Under the pieces are notes generated by a model. That model was not told where the DNA came from and did no database searches. It saw only the letters and a list, made by a program, of their open reading frames with translations. A stretch of DNA of 64,000 bases from Octopus vulgaris (Eukaryota): contig OX597822.1 in the NCBI GenBank assembly GCA_951406725.2, positions 18,414,001 through 18,478,000 on the forward strand, in the 5' to 3' direction. Numbering within the stretch: position 1 is the stretch's first letter; every line of letters starts with the position of its first letter. The translations under genes were made by a program, and so were the position numbers. Of this stretch, positions 1-11,960 are shown piece after piece.

Positions 1-1086
1 GTGTAGCAAATGTCACTCTCATGCAAATGGTATCCTTTGCTTTTGTTATTCTACAAAAAATGTTTGGATCAGGGAGGAATATTACCTGGCTTGGAAATAG
101 GTGAAGGTTGGTGAGAAGAATGGTATCTGGCCATAGAAAAATCCTCCTCAACAATTTCCATCTGATCTATGTGACCATGAAGACATGGACGATGATGATG
201 ATGATGATGATGACTGAATTGTCCACATTATACATCTTGGTTCAATTCCTACTCTGAGGAAAGCTTTTGATTCCTTTCCAGCCATACCTGCACCATAGAC
301 ACAGTTGGAATATTTTTGGTATTAGCGCTGCCTGATCAGATTCACCTTTGATGTTAAATATCTGACACATATCAGGAAAGTAGATTTACCATTTCTGTTT
401 TTAACAGAATGAAAATCCTGAAGAAAACATTTACTCTGTTGAACCTCTGAAGTCAATAATCTGGTGAGATTTAGATGAATTTAGGGTGAGATTAAACAAC
501 GGAACTTCATGCACTGTTCCTGCAAATCTGGATTCTATATGTGAGATACCAGGTGACCTCAAAGATACTAGTATTATTACCATCTTGACCCCCCCAAAAT
601 GCAATAATTATTAGTTCTATCTTCCATAGGGCAGTGAATCGACAGAATTGTTAGAGTACAGTCTTTCTTCCAACACTTTAAGTTCTGATTCCAAACCATT
701 CCTGGGTCAACATTTCATTTCATCCTTCTGGGGTCAATTAATTAAAGTATTTGTCAAATACTGGGGGGGTCAGTGCTATCAACTTACTCCCCTACCTCCC
801 CCAAAAACTGCTGGTCTTCCGCCTAAATTAGAAAACCTCATTACAATCTTAATTCTTCATAGTGTGTGAAGAAGAGGCTTCAAGATGGTCTTGATGGTAT
901 GAACACCAGGCTTTTCATGAGGTCTGAAATCATATCATGGTATGAGTTCAAGATTCCGTTTATCTGTCCTTGTCCTCTCTGAGTTTAGCCCCTTGTGGGT
1001 AGTAAAGAAATAGGTGTGAGTACAAGATCAAAGAGGAGATTTATGGACACATTCCACTGATTTCTGTTATTGATATGCAACACAGG

Positions 1087-1140
1087 ATAAGCTTCGTTCT
1101 GAACACCAGACCATAAGCTTCGTTCTGAACACCAGACCAT
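1087..1140. repeat. 26-bp perfect tandem duplication
   Basis: ATAAGCTTCGTTCTGAACACCAGACC occurs twice head-to-tail. Confidence 0.9.
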
Positions 1141-2024
1141 ATCAGATATTATATTTTGGTGACTCCCACACCCTAACAATGGACAAAGATCATTCAGCTA
1201 CATTAATGTTATAGGCAGAAACACACAACATGAAATTGAGGATTTACCAAAGATAATGAAGGACAGAAATTGTTAGCATGGAATGGTAAAAGGAAAATCA
1301 TTTCTAACCACTTAAAAGAGGGAGATGGTGTCTGTAGAAGTATCTTGCATATGTCAACTGTTAAGAAAATTTTAGCCTGAGTGTTTACGATGATTCATCC
1401 CACTTTTGGAGAGAATATACAATATTTGCATTCTGTGCGACAGGTAGCATTTACCTTCAGTGTTTTACATTTTGATCATTCACAAAAATTCTGTGGTCAA
1501 TAACTACAGAATAACTAACTAGGTTTTGTATTATCTTGAGGCAATCACTTTCCTGGTTCCAAATATGCATGAAGCAGTCAAAAAAGTTCTTGTCTCTTCA
1601 GGCTCTCTTAAAAAAAATTCTAAATAAAAATCAGAATTTTCTTGGTGCATATTATACCCAAAGAAAAAGTGATGAGTTTTCTCTTTAGAATTTTTATGAC
1701 TATTTTTTAGTTCCTTGTTTCCTTAGTGGACGTGTGTGACCTGGTGATTAAGGTGCTGACATTCATGACCATAAAACCCTGTTTAGTGGACTGAGTGGTG
1801 CATTGTGTTCTTGAGCAAAACACTTCATTTCATGTTACTCAAGTCCAACTAATTGTAAATAGAGTGGGAACTTAATACTGTGACAGACTGGCATCCTCTT
1901 CAGTTGGGAGGAGTGTTGTAATCTCTGTCACATATGGAAACCAGGTTTGACTCCAGCCTTATCAGGCTTAGGACAAACCTGTGTAAGTTCCTCTTTGCAA
2001 TTAATAAATTCCTTTTTCAAATTG

Positions 2025-2392
2025 TTATTATTCATTAGTTTTATTTTCATCACATGCTTGGGTGTGTGCTGTGGTTTGTTTTGGGCTTATTATATTTACT
2101 GTATCATTGAAAGTACCTTATGTGGAATGTGTGTGGTGTCTGGAAGTGCTATTTTCTATGTGTTACATATATATTTGTATGTCCTAGTGTTTTGCTTATG
2201 TATTTGTGTGCATTCTTTTTAACTGTTCCTAATGCTCCTATTTATTATAGAGATTGTTTCTGCTTTCAGGCCCCACATTCAAGTTATTTCTATTTCCAGA
2301 TCTTTGTGTTTCAAGAGTTTCTCCATTTCTTTGGAGATATATTGTCATCTGTTGGGATTGATATGTTGAGTTTTTTCTTGGTGGTTTCTATT
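2025..2392 (-). mobile_element. Degraded 3' end of R4/Dong-like RLE non-LTR retrotransposon
   Basis: With frameshifts the minus strand gives ISIPTDDN..EKLLKHKDLEIEIT*MWGLKAETI..GALGTVKK, homologous to 17903-18118. The 3' UTR resembles 17740-17850. Flanked by (TAA)n. Confidence 0.8.
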
Positions 2393-2400
2393 ATTATTAT

Positions 2401-2958
2401 TGAGTGAAAGATCAGCGCATGCCATCAAAGTGACACTAGGGTAAAATATACGAAGCCCAGTATACCCATCATGACTACCCATCTGATAAGGGTACACCAG
2501 GCACATGCATCACAACCATATGTGCATGACATGGTGATCTCATATCAAAATAAACAGCACATGACCTTGCAGGTGGGGCCCAGTTAGAATTTTCTTCTGG
2601 TCAAGTTGCCCATCTCGCTGAAAAGGTCCCTGAATAAGGGTTGTTTAAGGATGTTGAATGAACCACCCATGTTTCCAAAGGTGAATTATCCAAACCTCCA
2701 AGAATTCCTTTCAACGCATGGCTATATGATGCTCCCCTACTATTTCTGCTCATGATCAGAGATGCACATATCATCAGCCACTAAGGGACATGGCCAACTG
2801 GTTATGGTCAAACAACTGACAAGCAAATCTGTGGTGTTGAGCAGAATATTTGCTGTAATCCATCTTTTATACCAAGACAAAACAATGTACATGCATACAC
2901 TTCCAATTAATTAAGATCAGAAGCCATGAGAGCCACTGCCTGGTACTGCATCAGTGCA
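2401..2958 (-). mobile_element. ~555-bp non-coding interspersed repeat (family A, SINE-like), full copy
   Basis: Colinear with 17163-17718 over its whole length, with the same termini (TGCnCTGATGCAGTACCAGG...CACTCA plus a short-triplet tail). Partial copies at 27363 and 59935. Strand inferred from the tail. Confidence 0.85.
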
Positions 2959-2981
2959 ATTATCATCATCATCATCATCAT

Positions 2982-3903
2982 CATCTCCGCCTTAGCGAAG
3001 GTGGAGGTATTGTTTTCAGTCATGTTTGTTTGTCCATGAACAAAATATTTCAAGAACCACTGGATGGATTTGGATAAAACTTTCAGGGATTTCGGCCTTA
3101 TGACTGGCACAAACTGATTAGAATTTGGGATTGATCTGGCACTGGACAAGGATTCTGGATTATTTGTTATATTTACTTTAAATGAAGTATTATGATCTTA
3201 TGTTCACTTTCAAGTCTTTCTCTGATTATCTCCCTTGAAAGCAAGCTCATGGTTTCCACATAAGTTATGGAGGCATTGCTGTTTCCAAAGTTTTATTTTT
3301 GTTTCTCTATAATTAATTTTACTCGTGTCTCTATTTTAGTAGAAACTGATGGATAAAGAAATCAAACCACATAAACAAATGACAGCAAAACCGTTCAGAA
3401 ATTAAATAACACTAACATGTTCAGAAACAATAATAAATTTAATTTTTCCTTGACAATTTTTAGTTTCACCAATTTTGAATATATCGCTCCTATTTAAAAC
3501 CTCTTACCTACTTGACAATTGCATTTCTAGCTTTACCTTGAGGGAAGCTTTACTTCTTGGACTCATGTTGTTGTGCTCAATGATGTTGTTAAACCTCCGT
3601 TAACAGCACTACATGCAGGTCCTTTCCATTTTCTTTCACACACATATAAATTTTTCCCTATAGAACTTAATGGTTGTAAAGACACGACACACACACATCA
3701 TTACAAACACATCCTATACACCCACCTCCACATACCATGACTACCATTGGGGTGAATCTGGTACTGGACAAGGATTCTGGATTATTTGTGAGAGCAGTCA
3801 AGTTTATTTCAGATATTCTCATTTTTAAAAAATCCTCTCTGGCTAATCATTGAGAGGACGTTGATGTTGCCTTGGTGGAGGTTTGTGCTCTCAGAGTGCT
3901 CTT
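2982..3903 (+). mobile_element. Non-autonomous Helentron-type (DINE-1/HINE-like) element
   Basis: 5' palindromic CTCCGCCTTAGCGAAGGTGGAG followed by TGTTTTC and GTTT repeats. 3' sub-terminal TTGGTGGAGGT and a short terminal hairpin-like GTGCTCTCAGAGTGC. Internal 32-bp direct repeat at ~3137 and ~3758. Confidence 0.7.
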
Positions 3904-3924
3904 GTTGTTGTTGTTATTATTATT

Positions 3925-4110
3925 TAGGTGGCAAGTTGATACAATTGTTACTATGCTGGGCAAAATGCTTTTTGAGTTCAAATTCTGCTGAGGTTGACTT
4001 TGCCTTTCATCCTTTCAAGGTTAATAAATTAAGTACCAGTTATGCTCTGGGGTTGATATAATCAACTAGCCCCCCTCCCCCCAAATTTTGGGCTTGTACT
4101 TTTAACAGAA
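3925..4110 (+). mobile_element. SINE (family E); related copies near 630-835, 25540-25660, 30900-31075(-), 37860-38120(-), 43760-43960, 59780-59920(-)
   Basis: Shared core GAGTTCAAATTCTGCTGAGGTTGACTTTGCCTTTCATCCTTT...AATTAAGTACCAG with a B-box-like GTTCAAAT. Confidence 0.7.
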
Positions 4111-4137
4111 AGGATCATCATCATCTTTAGTAGTAGT

Positions 4138-4172
<35 letters not shown>

Positions 4173-5404
4173 TAGGAGTAGTAGTATCATTACTATCATT
4201 CCATTGTTATTGTTGTTGATGCTGGCTTTCTCGTTATACCTTATTCTGACATTTCTTAAAAGTGTCTTAATTAAAATTGTCCTGAAAAACTTTAGCATAA
4301 CTGATTTTTGTTTATTAATTTATGTTGTTTTATGAAATTTTAGACTCCTTCTTCAGCCTTTCTTCTTCAATTAACTTCCCTTCTCTTACACATTTGTTCC
4401 AAGAGAAAATGTAATTAAAACATTTCATTCTCACTTTTTCGAACACATGCAGGCACATATATGAACGCGTGTATATATGAGTGTGTCCATATATATTTCT
4501 ATGTATTTATGTATGCATGTATGTATATATGTATGTATATATGTGTATGCAAATATATATGCATATATATGTATATAAATGCATTACATACTTACACATG
4601 GGTACATATCCATGAATCTATTTACATATGTTCATAAACCTACATGCACACACACACACATACACACACATCTTTATGTATTACATGCATACACATAAAT
4701 ACATACATGCCTAATAAGCACATTGAGTGAGGTATACACACACACATGCAAGTAAAATTTTTTTAAACACTTCATTAAGCGTTCTGTTCTTTCTTGACAT
4801 TTTTTCTGCTTTTTAATAATTGCTTATTGTTCATTAAAGCCACTGACAATCACTTCTGAGCCTGCTTTGACTATTTTCCATTTTGTTCTCACTTTCATGA
4901 CATCATTGTTATTGCTTATTAAGATTGTCCATAATTAAATCACTAATTATATCATTGGATGAAATGGTCAGCAGGGCCATTGACAAGGGAGACAACTTCT
5001 GAACTGAAGAGCCAATGGTGCTGGGTGTCAACATTGCCCTAAATTACTATGTTACTCTCAACACTTAGCCTTTTCCTTTCTTGCCTGTGTGTGTGTATAT
5101 ATGAATGGACAGGGGGATGGTTGTGTGCTTGGAGAAAATTGCTTTGAAAGTGCATGGAGCTGAATTCAATCTTACCATGCAGCACTTCATGCAACTCTCT
5201 TCTAACATAACCTCAGCTTCACCAATATAGACAGACTAACAGAAAGACAGGTAAATACATAGACAGGTACACAAATAGAGACACAGACAGACACAGATTG
5301 ACGGATACACAAATAGAGAGAGAGACACACAGACAGACAGGCAGATACACAAATAAAGAGAGAGAGAGAGAGAATTGTTGTGACTGGGAGTTTCCGTCTG
5401 AATT

Positions 5405-5725
5405 GTGAAGGTATGTAGCTCAGTGGTTAGGGCATTCAGCTCACAACTGTAAGGTTGTGAGTTCGATTCCTGGAAGCACATTGCATTCTTGAGCAAGACA
5501 CTTTATTTGATATTGCTCCAGTCCACTCATCTGCCAAAAATGAGTTGTACGTGTATTTCAAAGGCCCAGTCTTATCACAGTCTGTGTCATGCTAAATTTC
5601 CCCGAGAACCACGTTAAGGTTATATATGTCTGTGGAGTATTCAGCCATTTGCATGTTAATTTTGTGAGCAGGTTATTCTATTAATCAGAGCAATTGGAAC
5701 CCACATTGTCATAACAAATGGAGCA
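5405..5725 (+). mobile_element. tRNA-derived SINE (family B)
   Basis: A-box TAGCTCAGTGG, B-box GTTCGATTCC and central TTGAGCAAGACACTT. Colinear copy at 34337-34665 and partial copy at ~1725-1900. Confidence 0.8.
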
Positions 5726-7034
5726 CTAGAGAAAAAAACTCAAAAAGTCTCAAATGATATCTTAATCAAATGAATGAGAAAATCTTCAGGCAGAATTTGA
5801 AGTCAAATAAATTTTATGGCATATTTGACTTTTTAAATTAGTATTGAATTTTCCCATCAGTAAATTCTTGACTGTACACTTGAGCATGAATAGCATTACC
5901 TGAGGGCATTTGTCTAAGTCCACCTTGGCAAACCTCAAAACACATCAGAAAGTGCTTTGTTTGCTGATTTTTATACAGGAACAGAAATTCATATCTAGTC
6001 CCAAAAGGTCCAATGGAGCTGTCCATCACTGAGAAGGTGAAATTAAGCTGAAATACTGGTGTTTGATAGTTCCAGTCATTTGGAGTTTGATGTACTTTGG
6101 GAAGAAATTTGTTGTTTGGAATAAATTCCTGCAGTGAATTTATGTTTGAGTGTCCAGAAATGTTTTGAAAATGACTGTGCACACCATTGTTTTCATTCTT
6201 CTTGTTTCATGTGCTTATATTGTTTATATATTTATCCATCTTCTTAGATAGATACATAGATAGCTCTATAAAGTATTACTATCTATCTGTCTGTCTACAT
6301 TGATAGATAGATAGATAGGTTGATAGATAGATATATAGATACATGAAAATAAGCACTACTTGGGTAATATGATACAAAGGTCCTGGGTTCAATGACACTG
6401 TGTGGCAATTTGAGAAAGTACCGTTACTATAGCCTCAAGTCAACCCAAGCCTTATGAATGAAATTACATAGTTGGAAACTGTACAGAATCCTGTCAAATG
6501 GACTGTCCCTGCAGTTAAAAGCTCCAGTTTTGTCATATTTTTCATCATGTTTCTTCTGATTAAGATCACTTTAAAAGGTACATACCTTTGTGGAACAGTC
6601 AACCAGTTTGCACCCCGATTCAATGAGTAGGTTGTCTGATTGATTGAACAAGGGATGCTCATGCTGTGAAATCAACAGGAGAGTCCATCATTATATATGG
6701 CATATACTCGGGTGGTTAGGGTGTTGGCCTCATGATTTTTAGATTATGGGTTCAATTCCTGTATCAGGTTTTATTTATCAACACAGTGATTTGAGCAAGG
6801 CCACTGGGTTGATAAATAAAGTACCAGTTCAACATTGGGGCCTCTTTTTTCTTCTCTAATTCCTTTTTCAGTTCTTTTGAAAGAAATTGACTTTGGTAAG
6901 ACTTGGAGAGGGATGGGCTCTGCCTAGTCGAAAATGTCTTTGGCATGCTGTATGTTATAACAGCACCCACTACATGTCCATGAAGGAGTTAAGAGCCTAT
7001 GGCACAGTGCATATATACATGCATGCATACATAT

Positions 7035-7083
<49 letters not shown>

Positions 7084-7899
7084 TACATACATAAAATGTG
7101 TTTGTGTGTGTAATAGTAGAATTTTCTAGAATGTATTATCATGTTTCTAATATAGCAAAATGACTGATGTTCTCTATACTTATTGGCTAATCCAATCAGG
7201 ACATTACCAGAGGGAAGACAAGGATCCATTTGGCAGCTAATAATGCAAGAATAACCCGTTTACTATGTTAAGTCTGTTAGCTGCTGTCAAGTAAACGAGA
7301 CAAAATAAATGAGTTTTTGCTTGACATGCATACATTTAGAATTTCTGGCAAAATATTCAAGATATCACGGAGCTTGTTGATCGAATGCATGAAATATGTT
7401 TAGAATAACAAGTTTCTTTTGTACCTAACCTATTAGGAAGGTTAATCAATTTTTCCTATTGGAGACAGGTAAAAAATTAGTTATATTTCATATACATAAC
7501 TTTGCAACAGTAACAACAAAATATGATGGAGTTAATTATAATTCAGAGAGAAAACATTTAATTTTCTCATACATTTTTTTCACTTACAATCATAAACTGA
7601 AGCATACACACGCACTCTCTCTCTCTCTTTCTTTCTCTAACTTTATCTGCCTTTCTCCTTCTCTTTCCTTCTCTCCTTACATTTTTTTATCTTTCTTCAC
7701 AATTCTTCCTTTTCTCTGCCTTGCTCTTTCTCTGAGAAAGCATCTTCTTTTTCCACAGTTTTATAATATTGCTAGATAAATGTTTGTGTCTTGTTTTATA
7801 GCATAAACCAGAACATCATGTATACACACACACGTGATTGTGTATGTGTGTGTGTATAAGTATAAAATCTGGGAATTGATGAAGATAAGAGGCCATGGA

Positions 7900-8070
7900 T
7901 CTACTGTTCTGTGTTTGATCTGGCAGAGTTTCTACAGCTGGATGCCCTTCCTAATGCCAACCACTCTAAGAGTGTAGTGGGTGCTTTTACATTCCACCAG
8001 CATGAGGGCCACTCAAGTGGTACTGGCAACGGCCACGCTCGAATGGTGTTTTTTATGTGCCACCTGCACA
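7900..8070 (-). mobile_element. Fragment of RTE-associated 3'-tail repeat (family D)
   Basis: GCTGGATGCCCTTCCTAATGCCAACCACT...GTAGTGGGTGCTTTT is shared with copies at 10750, 11780, 16770, 38770, 39440, 49235 and 57373. Confidence 0.8.
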
Positions 8071-8387
8071 GTAGCTCTTTTCCAAAGAATGAGGTGAACA
8101 GAAGAATATGTTTGGATCCATTGTGGTTTTGAGCCTGGATGAAGTGGTAAGATGTTTGGGATGACATTTTCCCCAGTAGTAAAGTAAAAGAAGACTGAAA
8201 ACTCATTTGAAGAGTTCTACATGTTTTTGTTTATTATCAGCTGAAGTTTACAAAGTGACATTGCAGCTTAGAGTTCCATATGTCCTCTGACTAAAGACAG
8301 AGAATTGGCAAAACTCTGAGTTGTAATGAAGCATTGTAACCTTAACATATTAACGAAAAGACACACAGACATATATTTATAAAACAA

Positions 8388-8421
<34 letters not shown>

Positions 8422-8739
8422 ACATGGACACTTTTCTAGACATATATTTGTACCATATATATGTGTTTGAATGAAACTCAGTACCTAAGAGAATCCAAAA
8501 GCTCATGACAGACAGAAACGGAGCAAACCAAAATTTAGCCCAAACCTATGTCTGTCTTAGACTCTAACCTTAATTGAAATTTATTGTCCTTGCTTTCCTT
8601 CTTTCTCAAATTCTCAAACTCCATAACATGTTTTACCAATTCTTATGTCTTGCCTCCACTGTATAATTTACCCAACGACCATATCCAACTCTTTGTTGAT
8701 ACCAAAATAGCAATTTTCTCTCAAATCATCGAGGTAGAA

Positions 8740-9980
8740 CTACTGAGAAGTGGGAGAGAAGGACAAGAGAAATATAATGTCGTTGTTCCTGCAGACCTTA
8801 AAGACATGACCATCATTACAGTCTGCAAGAAGGGAGACTGGACAATCTGTGGAAACTAATTGTGGAACCTCCCTTCTCAGTGTCACTGGGAAGTTCTTCA
8901 CCAGGATCCTGCAAGATACATTATTGGTCATTGCTGAAGAAGTTTTTCCAGAGTTGCAGTGTAGCTTCTGCTCCACCTGTGGTACCATTGACATGGTCTT
9001 TTCCACTGACCTTCTCCAAGAAAAGGCCTGAGAGCAGAGAAAGCCCCTACTTTCTGTGCTCTGAAACTTGGAGAAAGCTTTCAACAGCATACCAAGACCT
9101 ACAATGTGGGCCACCTTAAAGCATTTTGGTTTTCTTGACCACTTTATGAACCACATCCAGGCCCTACGTGATGGAATGTCTGGCCAGATCATTGCCAAGA
9201 ATGCTCTCTCCAATTCTTTCCCAATTACAACTGGCTTGAAGCAAAGATGCGTCTTTGCTTCCACTCTGTTTTCTCTCTACCCCTTTGCCATGACCCATGA
9301 GATCCCTAATCGGGCTCCTGGTGTAGACATCCTTTACATAATGGATACATGACTTTTCAACACTGCCCAGTTCAGAGCCTATTAACTTATCACCACCTTG
9401 GCTAAAGTACATGAACTGCAGTACGTGGATGGCAATACCACGCTTGTGCACTAAGTTTTTAATCTTTAGGAGGCTATAAACCTCTTCAAAAACTTGTATT
9501 TCTGCTTTGGTCTGACCACAAATACAAACAACTTTCAAAATAAGTCTTTCTAAACCATGACCTCACCATCCAAATGAAAATTAGGTATTCTAAGCTGTCA
9601 TCCTTTCCACATTCCTGTACTGATGTGAGATGTGGGTGTTATATGGACATGACTTGAAGAAAACAGAACATTTCCAACAGTACAAACTTTGGGTAATCAT
9701 GAGGATTTGATGGAAAGTCTACGTTATGAAATAAAGAGGTGCTGCTCCAGACCAAACTGCCCACCACTGAGGCCACCATGGCACAACACCAACTCTGCTA
9801 CTTGGGATACATCATATGTATATCTCAAATGCACCTGCCCTGTCAAGTTTGGGAAATTGACCTCAGGTACCAGACAACACAGAGCCCCCAAATTCCATTT
9901 CCAAGACCAGCTCAAGGCCACCCTTTTCCTAGATACATTTCTAGCTCTTTAGCCATTATCAATGGGAAACACTGAAGATT
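8740..9980 (+). mobile_element. Degraded RTE-clade (BovB-like) LINE reverse transcriptase region
   Basis: Fragments KKGDWTICGN, SLLSVTGKFFTRIL, EKAFNSIPRPTMWATLKHFG, ITTGLKQRCVFASTLF and RQHRAPKFHFQDQLKATL, with many stops and frameshifts. Confidence 0.85.
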
Positions 9981-10749
9981 AGGTGTTTTTACACGTTTGT
10001 ATCTGCGACATATTTCAACTAACCTAAAGTTCACTTATGCCTAAACACTGCTTGGTGCTGATACTACTGAAATACCCATGCTAGCATGGAAGGCGGACAG
10101 TAAACGATGATGATGATGATATATATATATACACACACACACGCACATTTGTATATCAGTATGCATATATACATAAATATATCCATATATATATATATGT
10201 ATGTATGTGCACACACATGCACAAAAAATTAATTACATATATGAAGCATCCTCATTATTTTCGTTATGAAAAGAACATCATGTTTGGCATATATTATCGA
10301 GGCAAAGTAATTGTGTATTTGTTCTCCATTCATGTGTGAGATTATTAATTGGAGTAAAAGTATCTTCCACATCGATTCTCTAACTATTTAAAGCTTGCTC
10401 TGGCAGTACTTAGGACTCCTAATCATATATTTTTTATCAATCTTAATACTGACTGAGAGAAAATGCTCAGGGTCTTGTTCTGCATGGTAAACAAAGAGTA
10501 AGACTGGTGCTAGTATACATAATATAGTGAAACAAGAAATTCTAAATAGATGAATTTCTTAACCACCAGATGGTGTGGTTAAAAAGATAGCTTCAGAAAA
10601 CCAGGTTTCATGTTCAATCCTAAGGTATGTCACTTTGGACAAGTGTTTTTCACTACAGCCTTCGTCTCACTGATTCTTTGAGGGTCAAAACTGATTGATG
10701 GAAACTGTATGGAAGTTTGTTATATACATATATATCATCATCATCATTG

Positions 10750-10965
10750 TTTAACATCCGTTTTCCATGCTGGCATGGGTTAGATGGTTCAACTGGAGTC
10801 TGGGAAGCCAGGAGGTTGCACCAAGCTCCAATCTGATGTGGCAGTGTTTCTACAGCTGGATGCCCTTCCTAAAGCCAACCACTCCATTAGTGTAGTGGGT
10901 ACTTTTTACGTGCCACCAGCACAGGGGCTAGGTGGGCTGGCATCGACCACATTTGGATGGTGCTT
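10750..10965 (-). mobile_element. Family D RTE-type 3' tail with (GAT)n end
   Basis: TTTAACATCCGTTTTCCATGCTGGCATGGGTT... preceded by (CAT)n on the + strand. Confidence 0.8.
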
Positions 10966-10969
10966 ACAA

Positions 10970-11960
10970 ATATAGGTGACCAAGTTAGTAGTGGAGGTGG
11001 ATGCTCCAAGAACGTAGCTGTGAGAATAAGATTAGGCTGGGAAAAGTTCAGAGAGCTCTTACTTCTGCTGGTAAGAAAGGCCTCTCTCAGAGTGAAAGGC
11101 AGATTGGATGATGCCTGTGTGCGAACAGCTAAGCGACATGGCAGTGAAACATGGGCTGTGATAGCCGGGGATGGGCATAAGCTTGAAAGAAATGAAGCCA
11201 CTATACTTCACTGGATGTGCAATGTCTGTGTGCATGTTCAAGTGTAAGCATTTTGAGTGAAAAGTTTGGCATAAGAGGCATCAGATGTGGTGTGCAAGAG
11301 AGACGACTGCACTGGTATGGTCATGTGATGAGTATGGACAAGAACAACTGTGTAAAGAAGTGCTGATCTCTAATTGTAGAAGGAACCTGTGGTAGAGATA
11401 GAACCAGGAAGACATGGGATGAGATGGTGAAGTGTGACCTTTGAACTTTGAACCTCACAGAGGCAATGACTAGTGAATGAGACCTTTGGCAATATACAGT
11501 GCTTGAGAAGACCCATCAAAGCCAAGTGAAACCATAGTCATGACTGATGCTGGTGTCACATAATAACTGGCACCCATGCCAGTAGCATGTAAAGAGTACC
11601 TTTCAAGTTTTGGGTCTCATGGAGGCAAAGTGGCTGAGCTCCTTTCAAGCATTGGGCCTCATGAAGGCCTTGACCAAGACCTTTAGCATTATGTCGTGCT
11701 TGAGAAGAAGACCCATCAAGTCAAGCAAAATCGCAGTCATGGCAGATACTGGTGTCACACAAATGGCACCTGTGCTGCTGGTACATAAAAGCACCCATTT
11801 ACATTCTTGGAGTGGTTGACGTTAAGAAGGGCATCCAGCCATAGAAAACCATGCCAAATCAGACTGGAGTCTGGTGCAGTCTTCCAGCTTACCAGCCCTG
11901 GTCAAACTGTACAACCCATGCCAGCATGGACAACAGATGTTAAATGATGATGATGATGAT
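10970..11960 (+). mobile_element. RTE-clade LINE 3' fragment with 3' UTR and (GAT)n tail
   Basis: GDQVSSGGGCS..RIRLGWEKFRELL..KGRLDDACVRTAKRHGSETWAV..LERNE..WMCNV continues into the family-D tail ending GTTAAATGATGATGAT. Confidence 0.85.

Noticed and set aside
5405-5480. tRNA gene
   Set aside because: A/B boxes continue into a SINE body found elsewhere in the window; no complete cloverleaf.
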